Assembly (NCBI RefSeq): GCF_964204645.1
Contig: NC_134028.1
Location: 9,610,001 to 9,674,000 of the forward strand
Direction of reading: 5' to 3'
Source: Tubulanus polymorphus
Taxonomy: Eukaryota; Animalia; Nemertea
Length of the DNA stretch: 64,000 bases
Shown piece after piece: positions 12,975-28,156 of this stretch (positions are counted from its first letter, which is position 1; every line of letters starts with the position of its first letter). The position numbers and the translations under genes are program-made. The notes under the pieces were generated by a model, which did no database searches, was not told where the DNA came from, and saw only the letters and a list, made by a program, of their open reading frames with translations.

Positions 12975-14995
12975 ACATCAATTGGAAAAACGCTGAAATT
13001 TACTGTCAGCAGAAATACGGAGGACATCTTCTCAGTATCAAATCCCAACGTGAAATGATGGCTGTAAAAAAGCTGTTTGCTACACGACTGATTCATGAGG
13101 CATATTCACACGTGGCACTTATTGTGGTGATTGGATTGAAATGGCAGGTAAAATATGTTCATTTTATCAACTATCTCATAGGATTTCGATAATTATGATT
13201 ATTGAATTAAAGATATTGATAATATTGAATTATTTCGAAAACAATTATAACGCAGGAAACATCCAGATATTATATTCACCAATCTATGATAAGTGTTTGT
13301 CTGTTCTAAAGGAGTCCAGTGGTTATTACTTATGGTCTGATGGAAAACCGTTGAGTAATACAGAGTGGTTTAAACCTGCTGTTAATGAAACAATACCAGA
13401 AGTTATTCTAGGATTGATATCTCCTCTACTAAAACAACCGATAGACGACGTCAATATGCCGTGTGCAGCAATTATATTGAATAATCTACGAGGATCAGCA
13501 AACTGGGTTCGATTTCCGTGTCAAATCATACAAACGCAAACGACATTTGCTTGTGAACCAGAAAGAAACGACTTTAATGCATCTTCGCAAAACGATACAA
13601 CTGAAATAATACGGAGCACCTTTGAACGAGAAGCGCATTGCTATCAGATATTTACATCCTGGCACTTTACCAGGCTATAAGTATCTGATTGTAAGAATTA
13701 CTGTATGAAGCGTTTGCCAAACGCTTCATACAGTAAGTCTTACAATCCACACAGCCAGAAAAATGTGTCTAAAAATCGGTGGTGACATATGATAACATCT
13801 AAAATTGAAATTCCGTATCTCATAAATGTTTTCGAGTATCAGCATCAATATGGTGTTATACTGGCAAATCTTACAAGCGGAGGAATTGTGGCAATAAAAC
13901 CAGTTGTAATCAGAGATTGGATAACTTGTATTAAATCAGTGAAATGGTCTGTGACTACATTCGATAATGTTATATATGTAGCGCATTCCGTGCTATTTTC
14001 CCATAATGTTACTGGTGGTGAGTTAGCTTCTAAAAGCGGATGTAAATCGGGGCAGTTTCAATGTAACGATCAAAGATCAGCGAACAGTATGTGCCAGAAA
14101 CGACTGTCAATATGATGAGTATGAACTCGATTGTTCGGGTTCAGATTTACACAGTCAGTTCCAGTGTTCAAATGAACGAGTTATCAGTCAGTAATGTGTG
14201 TGATTTTGTAAGGGATTGCACTGACGGTTCAGATGAGAACTCGTGCTATCATACTTTATGATCTTCTGAACAGTTCAAGTGCAACAACGGAGAATGTGTG
14301 GATAAATATGAACGATGTGATGGACTGGAAGATTGTAACGATAAATTCGATGAAATCGGCTGCTCTTCGAACAAATGTACGGGATTTTGTGTGTGGATGG
14401 TGAATGTATCAGTTCTCTGTTATATCGGGATGGTGTTGCAGATTGTGGCGGGGACCTCGAAGAAGATGAAAAAGTAAAAACCCACATAACAATCGCAGGA
14501 ACGTCTATAAAGGTGTTTATTTTTTTAAATCTGAAACTTGGACTCGTAGTTCCTTGTCCTGTAACCTGCTGTTACCCTCAAAGATTGTTTTGAACTTAAT
14601 CTATGGGTTGGCAATATTCGTTCGCTATATTCGCTGTATTAAACGCGATCATTCTCACTCTCATAATGATGTCGTACGCGCAGATGTACAAGTATGTATC
14701 TGGAAGCAGGTCCGGTTCGGATAGAGCTGATCCCACAGAACTCGTTCTAGCTCGAAGCAGCTTAGTCATCAATTTGTGTAATCTATTTTGCTGGTTACCG
14801 TTGAAAATCGTTCAGTTCTGCGCCGTATTGGTCGAGATACCAAACCAGATTTTTACCAAACTTTTCTTACCGATAAACTTGACTATGAACCCACTTCTTT
14901 ACACTATTCTAACAATTGATATGAAATCCATACGTGCTCGAAATGAACGCAGAAAACGACAACCAGTCAAATCGGTTCAAACCTCACAAAATTGA
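12975..14995 (+). pseudogene. GRL101-like receptor pseudogene: C-type lectin domain + ~4 LDLa repeats + TM5-TM7 of an LGR-type 7TM
   Basis: CTLD: NWKNAEIYCQQKYGGHLLSIKS...IGL|gt..ag|...YLWSDG...CAAI...NWVRFPC...FACE (12975-13560); LDLa repeats e.g. FKCNNGECVDKYERCDGLEDCNDKFDEIGC and DCTDGSDENSC (14035-14470); 7TM tail YSFAIFAVLN...SYAQMY...CNLFCWLP...MNPLLY (14603-14995); in-frame stops and frameshifts; LRRs and TM1-4 absent. Confidence 0.8.
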
Positions 14996-15509
14996 TATCA
15001 ACAAGAAAATCATTTTTTCATTTATTCAGATATTGTAGTCCATAAGAATTACTAGCATGATTTTGGGACTCGTTAACGGATATGATCTTTCAATATTATA
15101 AGTTTCACCATCGTTTTAAGTCATAGTTTACATCAAAATCGATAGCATGTTTGTTGTCATTTTACCTAAAGATGACCAGAAAAAATGCTTATATTATATG
15201 ACGATGCTAACAAATTGTGTAATTTTCATTCGGGATACCAAACCGAAATTATATCATTTTTTAACATTCACAATAGTTTTCAGTCGCAGTTTTACAGAAA
15301 TCGATATCAAGCATTTTTCCATTTGACCCGGAAAACGCTAAAAATGTATGCCGTATTTTCGTAGAGTCCCAAAATTTGGCCACAGGAAGCCTGAATACGT
15401 TGTAACATGAAATCTGTCTTAACTGACATAAGATTAGTCAAACGATTTCATGCTGTGACAGGTATGTGTAATGAGGGTTTTTGTGAATGTATGATATCGT
15501 TATTTTAAG

Positions 15510-15755
15510 TCGGTGCCAAATGGGCCCGAGCCTGTTTGGCCCGGGCCAAATTTGGCCCGACAAAAAACGTCGGACCAGGCCCGAGCACCAGACAAATGAC
15601 TGCGTTTGAATTGCAACTAGCACCGTAAATGATCCACTTCGCTTTGGGTGAGCATTGTTTAGTATCGAGTGAATGGTTTGCGCGTGAACGCACTCTCATA
15701 TTACCAAATTTGGCCCGAGTCTGATCAGTGCTAATTTGGCCCGGGCCAAATCGTC
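15510..15755. repeat. Interspersed repeat built from ggcccgggccaaatttggccc palindromic units (MITE-like; related at ~10800-10875)
   Basis: Repeated ggccaaa/tttggcc units in both orientations. Confidence 0.45.
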
Positions 15756-17635
15756 TCCGTGTGATCGCGGCTTATGTGGGTCATGATTGTTGAGAGAAAT
15801 CTTTCCCTTTATGTTTGCAAATTAGCCATTGTCCTAGTTTTAACTTCTGATTTGTACCCTGTATAGGGGTTTATATTTCTGTTTGTACTCTTTCATAGAA
15901 ATACGACAGATATCAAATGGAATCTTTGATTAAAGACACTGTAAACCGGTACACACCAATACGTCCATCCATCCGACCTACGAGCGATCATCTCATTAAT
16001 GAGATAATTGCTCGTAAATCCGTTTACACGCTACGTTTTACAACTAGAAATATATTAGATCAGATTCCTAATAATAAAATCATTACTATTAAGAATATGT
16101 TATTAATTGTGAATAAATTCAAAAAGAATTGACAAAATATATTGCTTTGAATGGTCTTTAGATATTGGATAGGGCGATTTTGAATTATTTTTGGGGAATT
16201 TTATCGAGAAGCTCAAACTCCCTAAGGCGATAAAGTGTTTAAGGCAGATCTTTCCCGATTATGATCCCACCATGTGAATTCCTCATGAAACTATTATGTA
16301 TCAACACCTCACAATTAACGTAATGACTCAGTGACGCCCTGTTGCACAAGCTACATATACACCATGATAAAAAGCCTATTATAGTCGAGTTGGATTTCTC
16401 GATGTATAAATGCAGGGAGGGTCGGGAGCTTTATGTTCAATAACATTGGGTTCCAATGTTTGCTCTATGGATTTCAAAATAAAAGAAAAATCTACGTTTA
16501 AACGTGATATCTGTTTCATTACTGGTGATATATCGGGGAATCTCTGCAATAAAATTGGACGATTTCAAAAATATTACAAAATGAGCAAATTGCGATTCTT
16601 AGTGATTTTTGCTAACAGTATTGATTCTAGCGTATACGCGGATTTATGTGATATGTAATAAGTATCGTAGCGAATAATCAATGAGAAAAGTATATACCGT
16701 AGCTAGAAATGACAATTAAAAATCCCCCAGAATATCTCCTTCAAAATACCTTCATCCGTTCAAAAAAGATCCCATGGTAAAGATTTCCTATGTAGAAATC
16801 TAAAAAATCTAAACCCTAAGTAAACATGGTAAACATACCCTGGGTAAAAATCCCCCAAATATTCATACTTGGTGATTGTCAAGAACATTTCAAAGCACGA
16901 TGTTTCTCGAATTTGCAATGAGACTGAAATATATTTGAACTTTTAAATGAAATCTTTCGTTGCGATAAATTCTTGCGGATAAAATAAATTGTAAGAATCA
17001 ATAAGAGTAATAAACTTTTATTTGTAATATCTTAAGATTCGAACTGGAATATTTTTGAACTGCGGACTCTTGTTAACTTGTGGTATATTTCAGCTGTGCG
17101 ATGCCATGAATTATTAGAAATAACGTACTTTTGATATTAAATATTTTAGATTCAAGCTAGTGTAATATATTTGAAATGTGCGATGAACCCCTTTACTGAG
17201 CTGTGCAATAACTACATGTACATGTACTAATTTAGTATCAATGAAACGCTAATTTGTAGTATGTTTTTATTTAAATAGCATAGTTTGTATGGGCATATTG
17301 ATATCCTTATGGTGTTCGACAGTAAAATATGAATAAATTGGATATACGTATCAATAATACGAATTAATTTTTACTCGCTTACTTAGATGTTTTGAATTAT
17401 TGACTTAGTTATTTTATTAAGTTTAAGTTCATCACTAGTAAGTTTATTCATTGACCACTTGCATGATAGTTCTTGATATATTCATTATATGCAATGAAAT
17501 GAAATGTAAGTTCATCACATTTCTGAACTCATCAATACCGATTTTAATTGTTTTAAGCCCCATGAAAAATATGTGATGTCATTAAATTGAAAGCTTAATG
17601 TTTTATTAACATTGGCAGTAGTTCTCATAAATTTT

Positions 17636-17783
17636 CCTTGGCCTTTTTTCCGTGGCCATTTTTTTCTTGGCCATTTTTTTCCTAGACAAATTACCTTGGC
17701 CATTTTTTCCTTGGCCATACTTTCCTGGCCATTTTTTCCCTTGGCCATTTTTCCAACATTCTGGGGTTTTTTACCGCTAACCC
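17636..17783. repeat. ~15-bp tandem array (ccttggccatttttt) ending in ggggttttttaccg; terminal array of a non-autonomous DNA element
   Basis: About 8 degenerate units; the ggtaaaaa(a/t)cccc motif recurs at ~10003, ~16843, ~18365, ~25986. Confidence 0.55.
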
Positions 17784-19299
17784 TTAGCAATGCACTGTAA
17801 TGAACAATTTACTTTGTTTTGCTAAATTAACTACTTGTAATCAATTCACTATAGAACTGTGGTCGATCCTAACAAAGAGTCCGGCGTGCTGTTCTAAACT
17901 TCAGTGGACAAAAATCTCTTTCTAAAAATTATATTGCTAAGATATTCCTAGTCTTCATCCTTCAGCATGAACTCTAGGCTTGGTTATATATCGGATTCAT
18001 TAAATGGTATCATGTGTGTGTAGAACGTTTGGGCGAAGGTATTATCCCCCGGTATCACGCGTAAAACAAACAGAAAACATATTTTCATACATAGGTCATC
18101 GCATTATAGAAATTGAACTGTTGACAAGTTGTATTAAATCTCTATAGATGAAACACTTTTAAGGAAAACGCATTATGTTCGTAGTTCTTTTATATCTACT
18201 ATTGACTGTGCGCCTCGGGCTCAGTCAACTCGCCATCTTCATGATTGAAATATTTGATTAGGCAGTCCTATCAAAAGTGGCGTTAATTCATACAAGCGAA
18301 TGATTTGTTGTTTCAAAAGGTTTTTGTTACCGGCTCGTCTACAAGGTAATGGTCGAAATTCCCCGGTAAAAATCCCTTAAGAATACCCATTAAAGAGCTT
18401 ATGATTTGCTGCCGCCGGTATGTTTTCGTTTGTATTGCAAAATTAAGTCCAAAATAACTGGAATCGTTTTAAAGGATTTCTGTGAAAATTTTCAATTTTT
18501 CCCCACACGTCAACAAGTGCCTTTCAAATCAAGATCGATTCCTCATGCGTAAAAACGATTGAAGAAATTTTTGCCGTTTTATTTATCTATGGTTTGATAC
18601 GTCAAGATTTCAGTAAAAAGGGCAACATCATCGTTAGCGAAGCTTGGTATACAAGCAAGCTGACAATAACAAGCCACTGAATTTTATCTGGTTAGGCTTT
18701 GTATAGCTCATTATCTATAGAAAGTCAGTGATTAAGCCCTAAGTAAATATTGCTCAATTAAAGAGAATTCATTATGACAATGTACAAGCGATGACAGGCC
18801 TATGAGGCACCCGTAAATCAAAAATGTATTTCACGGATTTTGCTGTGCGATGCGATAAATTATTGAAACTTTTTATTTGAAATCTTAAATTAAATACTAT
18901 TTGAAATGAAATATTATTTTACCAGTGCAATAACTTAGATATTAGTTTAGTATTAATGAAGTATTTCAATCTTTGGATAAACGTTGGAAAAATGGCAAGG
19001 CGAAAATTGCCGCTAAATAAACATTAGAATTTGCAGGTTTTGTAATAACTTTGAATTGTTAAATTTTACTGGACATTGGTGTATGCTGAATATCACGAAC
19101 AACGAAACATATATCTCATACAAACGTTGATTGTCTTTTTCAACTTTCTTCATTTCAATAAAAATCAATCGATTTTTAAGTCGATTTAATTACCAGGATA
19201 GCGACTATATGCATTTGTGCTTTTAATCAACTGGTTTCCGAATCCGTGGTATGTCAATCAAATAATAATATTTAAGTCGAGAAAAAGTAAGATGCATTC

Positions 19300-20386
<1,087 letters not shown>

Positions 20387-20774
20387 GAGGTGTTTAAACA
20401 TAATGGTCACATGAGTAATTAAATGGTTGTGTCACAAAGGGAGAAATCTGCCTTAGACATATCATCACGATATCTGGAGTTCTGGGCTTAGTAACGCATG
20501 TTTAGAATGAATTTTATCCGATATTTTTGTAACATAATGTTTTTTCTCTGCAAATTCCTGACGTTTTGTGGGTGCTAACGTTCAGTGGCTAGTAGGCTGG
20601 ATTGTATTTTCCCTTATTTCATAGATCTCCATGCATATAAACTTGAACTGAACTGAATGGGAACTGAGTTCGGTTAGGAGTAAAAACCTCCTCATTAACT
20701 CCTATTTCTGAATTGTATATAACACCCTCGATATGAAATAGGAAAGCGTCGGAAATAATAATAACGCGGAACGA

Positions 20775-23700
20775 TTGAAACTCTGTTTCTTAAATATTAA
20801 AGGATTATTCAGTCGGAAAGCTGGTACACGGACATGTAAACTGGACCTTCCGGAAATCCAGGCTTTATTAGACGTGAATGATATAATCGCATTCGAGGAA
20901 ACCTGGAACTCTAAAGACACCGTATTTTCAGTACCCAGTGGATATACGTTTTTTCAAAGTACGAGAATGAAAAACCCACGCGCGCGTCGAAATTCTGGCG
21001 GATTGTTGCTACTTTTTAAATCCGAATTACGGCAGGGTATTGAATTATTAGAAAATAACCATCCTGATATTTTATGGGTGAAATTATCAAAAGAATTCTT
21101 TAATTTTGAAAGAGATATGTTTATTTGTTTAGTGTATGTAGCTTGTGATAATCGTGGCACGGATGACTTCTTTCATGATCTGAGTTGTCAGATACTTGCT
21201 CATCAACTTAATGGCAATGTATTGGTGGCTGGTGACATAAATGCACGGACCAATGTATACTCGGGTCTCCCTCCCGATCCGGATGCTATTAATATGCAAT
21301 TTCTTGAGTTCGAACATGGGGTACGAAAATTACTTGAAGACCATGATATTGACACAACTAGATCATCTCAAGATGATACTGTTAGACCAGATATTAGAGG
21401 CATGAATATGATAAACATGTGCATAGGTTGTAATTTGTTAATATTAAACGGTAGGGCATTTCAGGATAAATCGGTTGGAAAGTTTACGTGTCATCAACCA
21501 GGTGGCAAAAGTGTGGTCGATTATGTATTAGCCGATTTTAACATGATTGATATACTGTCTGACTTCCACGTGTCTGACGAATTACCTTTCTCTGACCACG
21601 CGATAATTTCTTTTAGTTTGCAGGCTAGGATTGCTAAACACGATAATGCCTCGAATACAAATTTTACGTCCCATAACAAAACTACTTGTCACAAATTCAA
21701 ATGGCGTAAAGAAAGGGAAGTTGAATTTGCTCAGTATATGCATTCAGATGATACCCAATCTTACCTCAACGATATTATAAACAATGCAATTAATAGAGAA
21801 CATAATGAGTTTTCAATTAACGAATTGGTTAACGATTTTTCAAAATTCTTCCAGACTGCGGTCGAAAAAGTTCATGGTTCATTTCAAAATTCGAGGAACA
21901 TGAATAACAATAGGCCTATATCATGGTATGACGGCTCGTGCAGAAAAGCACGAAACGTGTTCAGCCGGGCAGTGCACCGACACAGATTATACCCGAATGA
22001 TTTAAACCGATTTCTGGTCAAAGAAGCACGGGATAAATACAAGTCCACTATAAATAGTGCTAAAGCATTGTATGATGAACGTATGCTGGATGACCTGCTG
22101 AAAGCGCTAGATTCAAATAACCACAGAGATCTATGGTCCAAATTTAAAGGGCCCAATGAATACGTTGATACTCAACTAAGCATTGATGACTTATATGAGC
22201 ATTTTAAAAGTATCTCGTATGAAGATCGCCCTCCACTGGATGTTGATATCGACGTATCTGATCACATACTTGATCAGCAAATCACATTGGAGGAGGTTAA
22301 TAGAGCATTTAAAATGCTAAAAAGAAATAAATCTGCAGGAATAGATGGTATAAAAGGCGAGGTATTTATCGCTGGTGGCAACCCAATTGTTACTCAACTT
22401 ACTATTCTTTTTAATACTATATTAGATAGTGGACGCTATCCCGAATCATGGAGCACTGGCTATATTGTTCCACTACACAAGGGTGGTTCAAACAATTCAG
22501 CAAATAATTACAGGGGCATAACCATCTTGTCGGTATTTGGCAAACTCTTCTCAATAATTTTGAATACTAGATTAACTTCATGGTGTGAGGCATACTCTGT
22601 TCTATCGGAGGCGCAAGCTGGCTTTAGGCCAACTTATAGTACAACGGACCAAATATTTGTATTGAATTCGGTTATAAATCACCTGTTAAACAAGAATTTC
22701 AAATTATACGCGGCCTTCATTGATTTTTCGAAGGCGTTTGATTTGGTTGACCGCTCGTTATTACTACAACAACTCTGTGAGTGGGATCTCGGGTAAAATA
22801 TTATGTATTATCAAATCTATGTATATGTCCACAAAATCATGTGTAAGATATCAAAACCATTACTCTGATTATTTCATTTGTGACACAGGGGTCAGACAGG
22901 GTGAATGTCTATCACCTTTGCTTTTTAGTCTTTTTATCAATGATATGGAAAGCTGTGTGAAATCCGGAAATTATGAGGGAATTGATATGGGAACTCTGAA
23001 ACTATTATTACTCTTATATGCTGATGACACGGTAGTGCTGGCAGATTCTCCTGACTCTCTTCAAGTGGCGCTCGATAATGTTTATATCTATTGTGAAACC
23101 AGACATATTAAGATAAATTATGATTAAAAAAAATAGTTATATTTAGGAAATCTGCTAACGCTCGGTTATATAAATGGACAATTAACGGTCGAGTACTTGA
23201 ATGTGTGAGTCATTTCAAATACCTAGGCTTGGTATTTAATTTTAATGGAAAATTTACTCAAACTATAGACTCGCTAGCAAATAATGGAAAAGCAGCGTAT
23301 TTCACATTTCGCAAATATCTTTTACGCTACCCAAACATAACAACACGCTTAGCACTCAAGTTCTTTAACGCCATGGTTGTACCGGTCTTAAACTATGGAT
23401 GTCAAATATGGGGGTTTCAGGTAGAGAAGAAATTGGAGCGCATTGTTCTTAAATTCTATAAATCTCTACTGGGTGTAAAACAGACCACACCGGACGTTTT
23501 TTGTCAATGGGGAATTAGGTGAATATCCACTGTTTATTTTCCAGCGACTACAGGTACTGAAATACTGGCTGCGGATCATTAAAACAAAACCTGAAAAACT
23601 TTCAAAAAGAGTTTATGATTTCGTGTTCACCGAATGTCAAGGTTCACTTCACATAGTAAATTGGGCATCAAAAGTTAGGGATCTGTTGAATAGCCTGGGA

Positions 23701-23800
23701 TATGGCGAATTCTGGATTAATCAGAGGGTTGAAAACGAATTGTGGTTTATCCGTTCAGTCGAACAACGTATGAAAGATATTTATTGTCAAAATTGGTTTA
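20775..23800 (+). mobile_element. Non-LTR retrotransposon ORF2 (APE endonuclease + reverse transcriptase), frameshifted, 3' end lost
   Basis: APE motifs LNIKG, FEETW, GDINA, SVVDY, SDH; RT motifs NYRGITILS, QAGFR, FIDFSKAFD, GVRQGECLSPLLF, YADD, FKYLG; frameshifts at ~22790, ~23130, ~23500. Confidence 0.95.
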
Positions 23801-25975
23801 ATAATAATAATCTTTATTTTTCAAAGAAATTGAAACAATTTATAACATGATATCCATACATAAATATAAATAAGTATAAAATGTGCCAATATCAAATGAA
23901 GGAACCCAGTGAAGCAAATGCTTGTAGATCTGGGCACCCACTCTACACACACTCATTCTTCACAAGCATGCAGACATTCACAGATTCACACACAACATAC
24001 CAGTACAGTAAACATGGCTCAGATAAATGATTGTTTGAAATTCAGTATTTTAAGAGTTTATTGCTTTTAAATGATTGTTTGAGGGAATTTAGTGATTTTT
24101 TTGACTTAAGGTTGTTATCGGAGTTTTGCCACATTATTGGAATTAAATTGAGGAATCTTTTATTATAAATGCTTTTCTTATGGTGAGCGTTTCGGGGATG
24201 ATTGTGCTGACGAGTATTGTACTGATGATATACCGAATTCTTTTGAAATAAGTCTATGATCGGTGCTGGTAGTTCATTGTTGATAAGCTGATATGCGTGT
24301 CTAAGTATTTCTAACTGGATCATATCTTGGAATTTTAGAATTTTTAATTTGCGAAAGATTGGATCTGTGGGGCTATTTGTATGCTGATTTAGAAATAATT
24401 CGAACGGCTTTTTTCTGTAATTTTTCTAATCTGGACAGGTTTCTTTTTAAGATAAGAGGGCCCCATGAGATGAGTGAGTACGTAAAATGGCAATGGATAT
24501 AACTGAAATAAAGTTGTCTTAAACAATATGTAGGTACTAAATGTTTAACAGAGTTAATTAAATAAATTTGACAAGCTATTTTGGTGCAGATTTTACTAAT
24601 GTGTAAATTGAAATCAAGAAACTCGTCTAAATGTAATCCAAGGAAGCATGTTGATGATACTAAATTAAGTTCCTTGTTGTCTACTTTTATCGTATAATCT
24701 TGATTCTTAATATTTTCAATTCTATTTGGTTTAAAAAGAATAACTTTTGTTTTAGAAAATGTTAACAGTTAAATTATTAGCAGTAAACCAATCTTGTAGT
24801 ATATTCAAGTCATTTTCAATGGTTTGTATCAGATAATCAATTGAGCTTCCACTAATATATACGGTCGTGTCGTCGGCGAATAAGATAGGTTTACATTTTT
24901 TCAGACACATGTGCATATCGTTAATGTATACTAAAAACAGTAATGGTCCTAATACGGAACCTTGAGGTATACCGTAGTTAATGTGTGATATTTCAGATTG
25001 AATACTGGAGAAGTTAACATACATTGAGCGCTTTTCTAGGTAACTTTTAAACCATGACAAAACATTTCCTCTTATACCATATACATATAATTTATGAATT
25101 AGATATTCAATATTTAGGCAATCGAATGCTTTACTCAAATCAATAAATGCGGCTAGTGAAAAAAACAGTTAGATTCAAATGATTTTATTATATTTCCTAT
25201 TAGTTCCATGCTAGCATGGCTGGTAGCATGGCCAGTTCTAAAACCATATTGACTTTTATATAAGATGAGTACTTAACCAAATAGCCATATAATCGCTTGT
25301 GTATTATCTTTTCAAGAATTTTAGAGATGGTTGGCAATAGTGATATCGGTCGATAGTTTTCAAAGCTCCTTTTATCGTCTCTTTTATAGATAGGTGTAAC
25401 ACTGGCTATTTTAAATGCATCCGGGAAGATTCCAGTTTCTATTGATTTATTAAAAATTGTAACAAGAGGTTTTGCAATTATGTTACCGATGTGCTTTAAA
25501 AGAATACTACTAATATTATCGTGACCCGCGGACGGTTTGGGATCAAAATTAGAAATTATTTTTCAACTTCACTTTCATCCGTCGGAAATAAAAACAAGTT
25601 ACTGCTATACATATCAGGCATATAATCTTTGAAATCTGTTCTTGGTTTTGGAAGTTTTTTTGATAACTCATGACCTACAGAACTGAAGAATTTACAAAAA
25701 CCATTACTAATGTCTTGCTTGTTATTACTTAATTTACCATTTATATTAAAGATATCAGGAATGCAATCTTTATTATTTGTTTTTCCGAGAAGATCTTTCA
25801 TAGTGGACCAAAGTTTTCTACCGTTATTTCTAAAATTAGTTAATTTTTCACTGTAGAATCTTTCCTTTGCTGCTCTTTTAGCAGAATTATCGGCGTTACG
25901 ATATTTTTTATATTCAACGTAGTTCGGGTGGTTTTTATCAAGTCCGATAATACTTTTATACAACTTATTACATCT
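23800..25975 (-). mobile_element. Second LINE (CR1/L2/Crack-like RT), 5'-truncated and degenerate, with (ATT)n tail
   Basis: Minus-strand ORFs with SKAFD, GIPQGSVLGPLLFLVYIND, LFADD, HQYNTR; 3' end aataaagattattattatta at ~23800-23820. Confidence 0.9.
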
Positions 25976-26109
25976 GCAGGATGTAGGTAAAAATCCCCCC
26001 GGTAAAAATGGAGGGAATGACAAGTATGAGTAGGTGTTCATCATTCGCGTGGGACTGGCTGAAAATCATATAATGTAGTGATATCAAATCATATTTACTG
26101 AAACTCACA

Positions 26110-26302
26110 ATTTATTGTTTGCATCAAATGGAAAATCCATTTCCAGATAGCCTCACAATAGACTCATTTTGTGATATTCGTTTATCGACTAAAAAATAAA
26201 TGCTCAGCAACTAAATCAAAAATCAATATATGTTGTACAAGAATTCACCGTAAATGGTGAAATATCTTATAACAGGACATCTAAACAGGTTTTGGAAAAT
26301 GT
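26110..26302 (-). promoter_or_regulatory. Inverted third copy of the GPCR upstream non-coding region
   Basis: Reverse complement ttttccaa...gatatttcaccatttacggtgaattcttgtacaacatatattgattttt...aatggattttccatttgatgc aligns with 27790-27975 and 41318-41400. Confidence 0.6.
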
Positions 26303-28156
26303 TTCCACAATTTGTTTTGAGTGGTATCACATTTCTGTTCTACAGCACGGCTGTCCTCTTCTGCAAGTGACATAACAACATGGCTGTGGCCTATACCTGC
26401 AAATGACACTAAACAAGGCCATTATGCAAGTGGCACTAACAGTCGAACCTCGTACAATGGGGTACCCGCAGTGCTGCTGTGGCAATCGAGGATTCCACTT
26501 ATGGCAGGCAAGGATCCGCCAGGTTTGCTAGTAGATAGTTGGTCGCCCGCGTTCGATTTCCCCTACATTTCAATTAAATCTGAATGAACTTTTCCCTTAA
26601 ATGAATCGATAAATGAAAACTGTACTGATATCTGAGTAGAAGAATGAGAGTATTGTATATTTGGCGTCTAAAAGTCTAGTTTGATGTACATTGAAAATGG
26701 CCTAATTTTGATAACGGACGACCTATTGTGTGTCACGCCATCTGGCAGGATAGCTAGTTTTGCGGGTACCCCATTCGACTTGCAACGAAAATCTTGGGGT
26801 AATACGATGAATCGTAGAATTCTTTGGCTTTTCTTATTAGCACCCTTTAAAGCATCCTATAAAATGTTAGCTTAGTACGATCACCTTAATACGATATTTT
26901 TACGATTTCCTTTTCATTTCTGTAATAAACAAACACGCTTAGTACGATGGTCCATGTAAAAAGGTCCCACTTTTTTAAATTTGGCATTGCTTGCGCGTCG
27001 TTTCGACTATCTAATGTGTTGCTGCGTTGACCACACGGTCCTGGGAGGTATGATCGGTAAACCTCTATCCGTACTTGTTATAACCACGTCTAAAAAGCTA
27101 CGTAGCTGCCGATACTCGGGATTACTGATCGTTCTGGTCCGTTCGGATTCGGTGGCGTTACTGGAAAGGATTGAGGTTATTCATCTGAACAAAAATGCGA
27201 AAATACAGTAGTACCACGCATAAGTCGGACACGTGAATGTCGGAAAAAAGCTCCAAGTCGGCCAGAATTGAAATGTACGATTTTTTCCATTCATTCTCTA
27301 TTCTCCTATTAATTTCTATGTAATATTCGAATTTTCAGCTGAAATGTGATCGAAATAAAGGAAAATCATGTTTCTGAGTCGGCTTTGTGTTTTATTCATC
27401 TAAAAGGGGACAAACATTAAAGACTTCTTTGAACATGGACCGGGGTAGATACACTTTTATTTTGCAAATATCCAATAGGAACTTGAGTTTTCTTGCATAA
27501 GAAATTATTCATTATCTATTTGTTTGCCCATTTTCTCATTCGTCAATTTTGTGACCGACTTTTGTCTTTGTCCGTTGACGAACTCTCGTCGTTCAGCTGT
27601 CCCGGTATCTTCCTGTCTTTCTAGCGCTGTATTGTTTTATCAATGTATTGTAGTTAAGTAGATAATGAAGTGGAAAATCGGACTTTTGGGGCGGGAATAG
27701 TGAAAATTCGACTTAAACTAATACAACTTGAATTATGTCGGCAAAATTGTGCTGGTCCTGTTATTTACTTGTATAAAACTGATCGATATTTTCCAACCTG
27801 TCCTTTCCAGATGAATTGTTTTACCTTAGGATATTTCGCCATTTACAATGAATCCCTGTACAAACCATATTGATTTTTAATTTAGTTGTATTTACATTTT
27901 ACACGATGATAAATTTTCATAAATCTGAGTAAATTTGGGTAGATTCCAGGGAATGGATTTTTCATTTAATGCGAACTACAAATTTAACTAAAGAATCGAA
28001 GCTATAATAAAGACTTTAATGATACCTTGATATTATACTTAAATCAATTTTCCAATACGCGAAGACATGGTCAGTTCTCATACCCTCAGTCAGTCGACTC
28101 AGATAGACAGTACACTCTCAGACAGTCAGTATACTCCCATTTGATCCTCGTGAATC

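Noticed and set aside
17515-17800. Lys-rich and Phe-rich ORFs
   Set aside because: Products of the 15-bp tandem array
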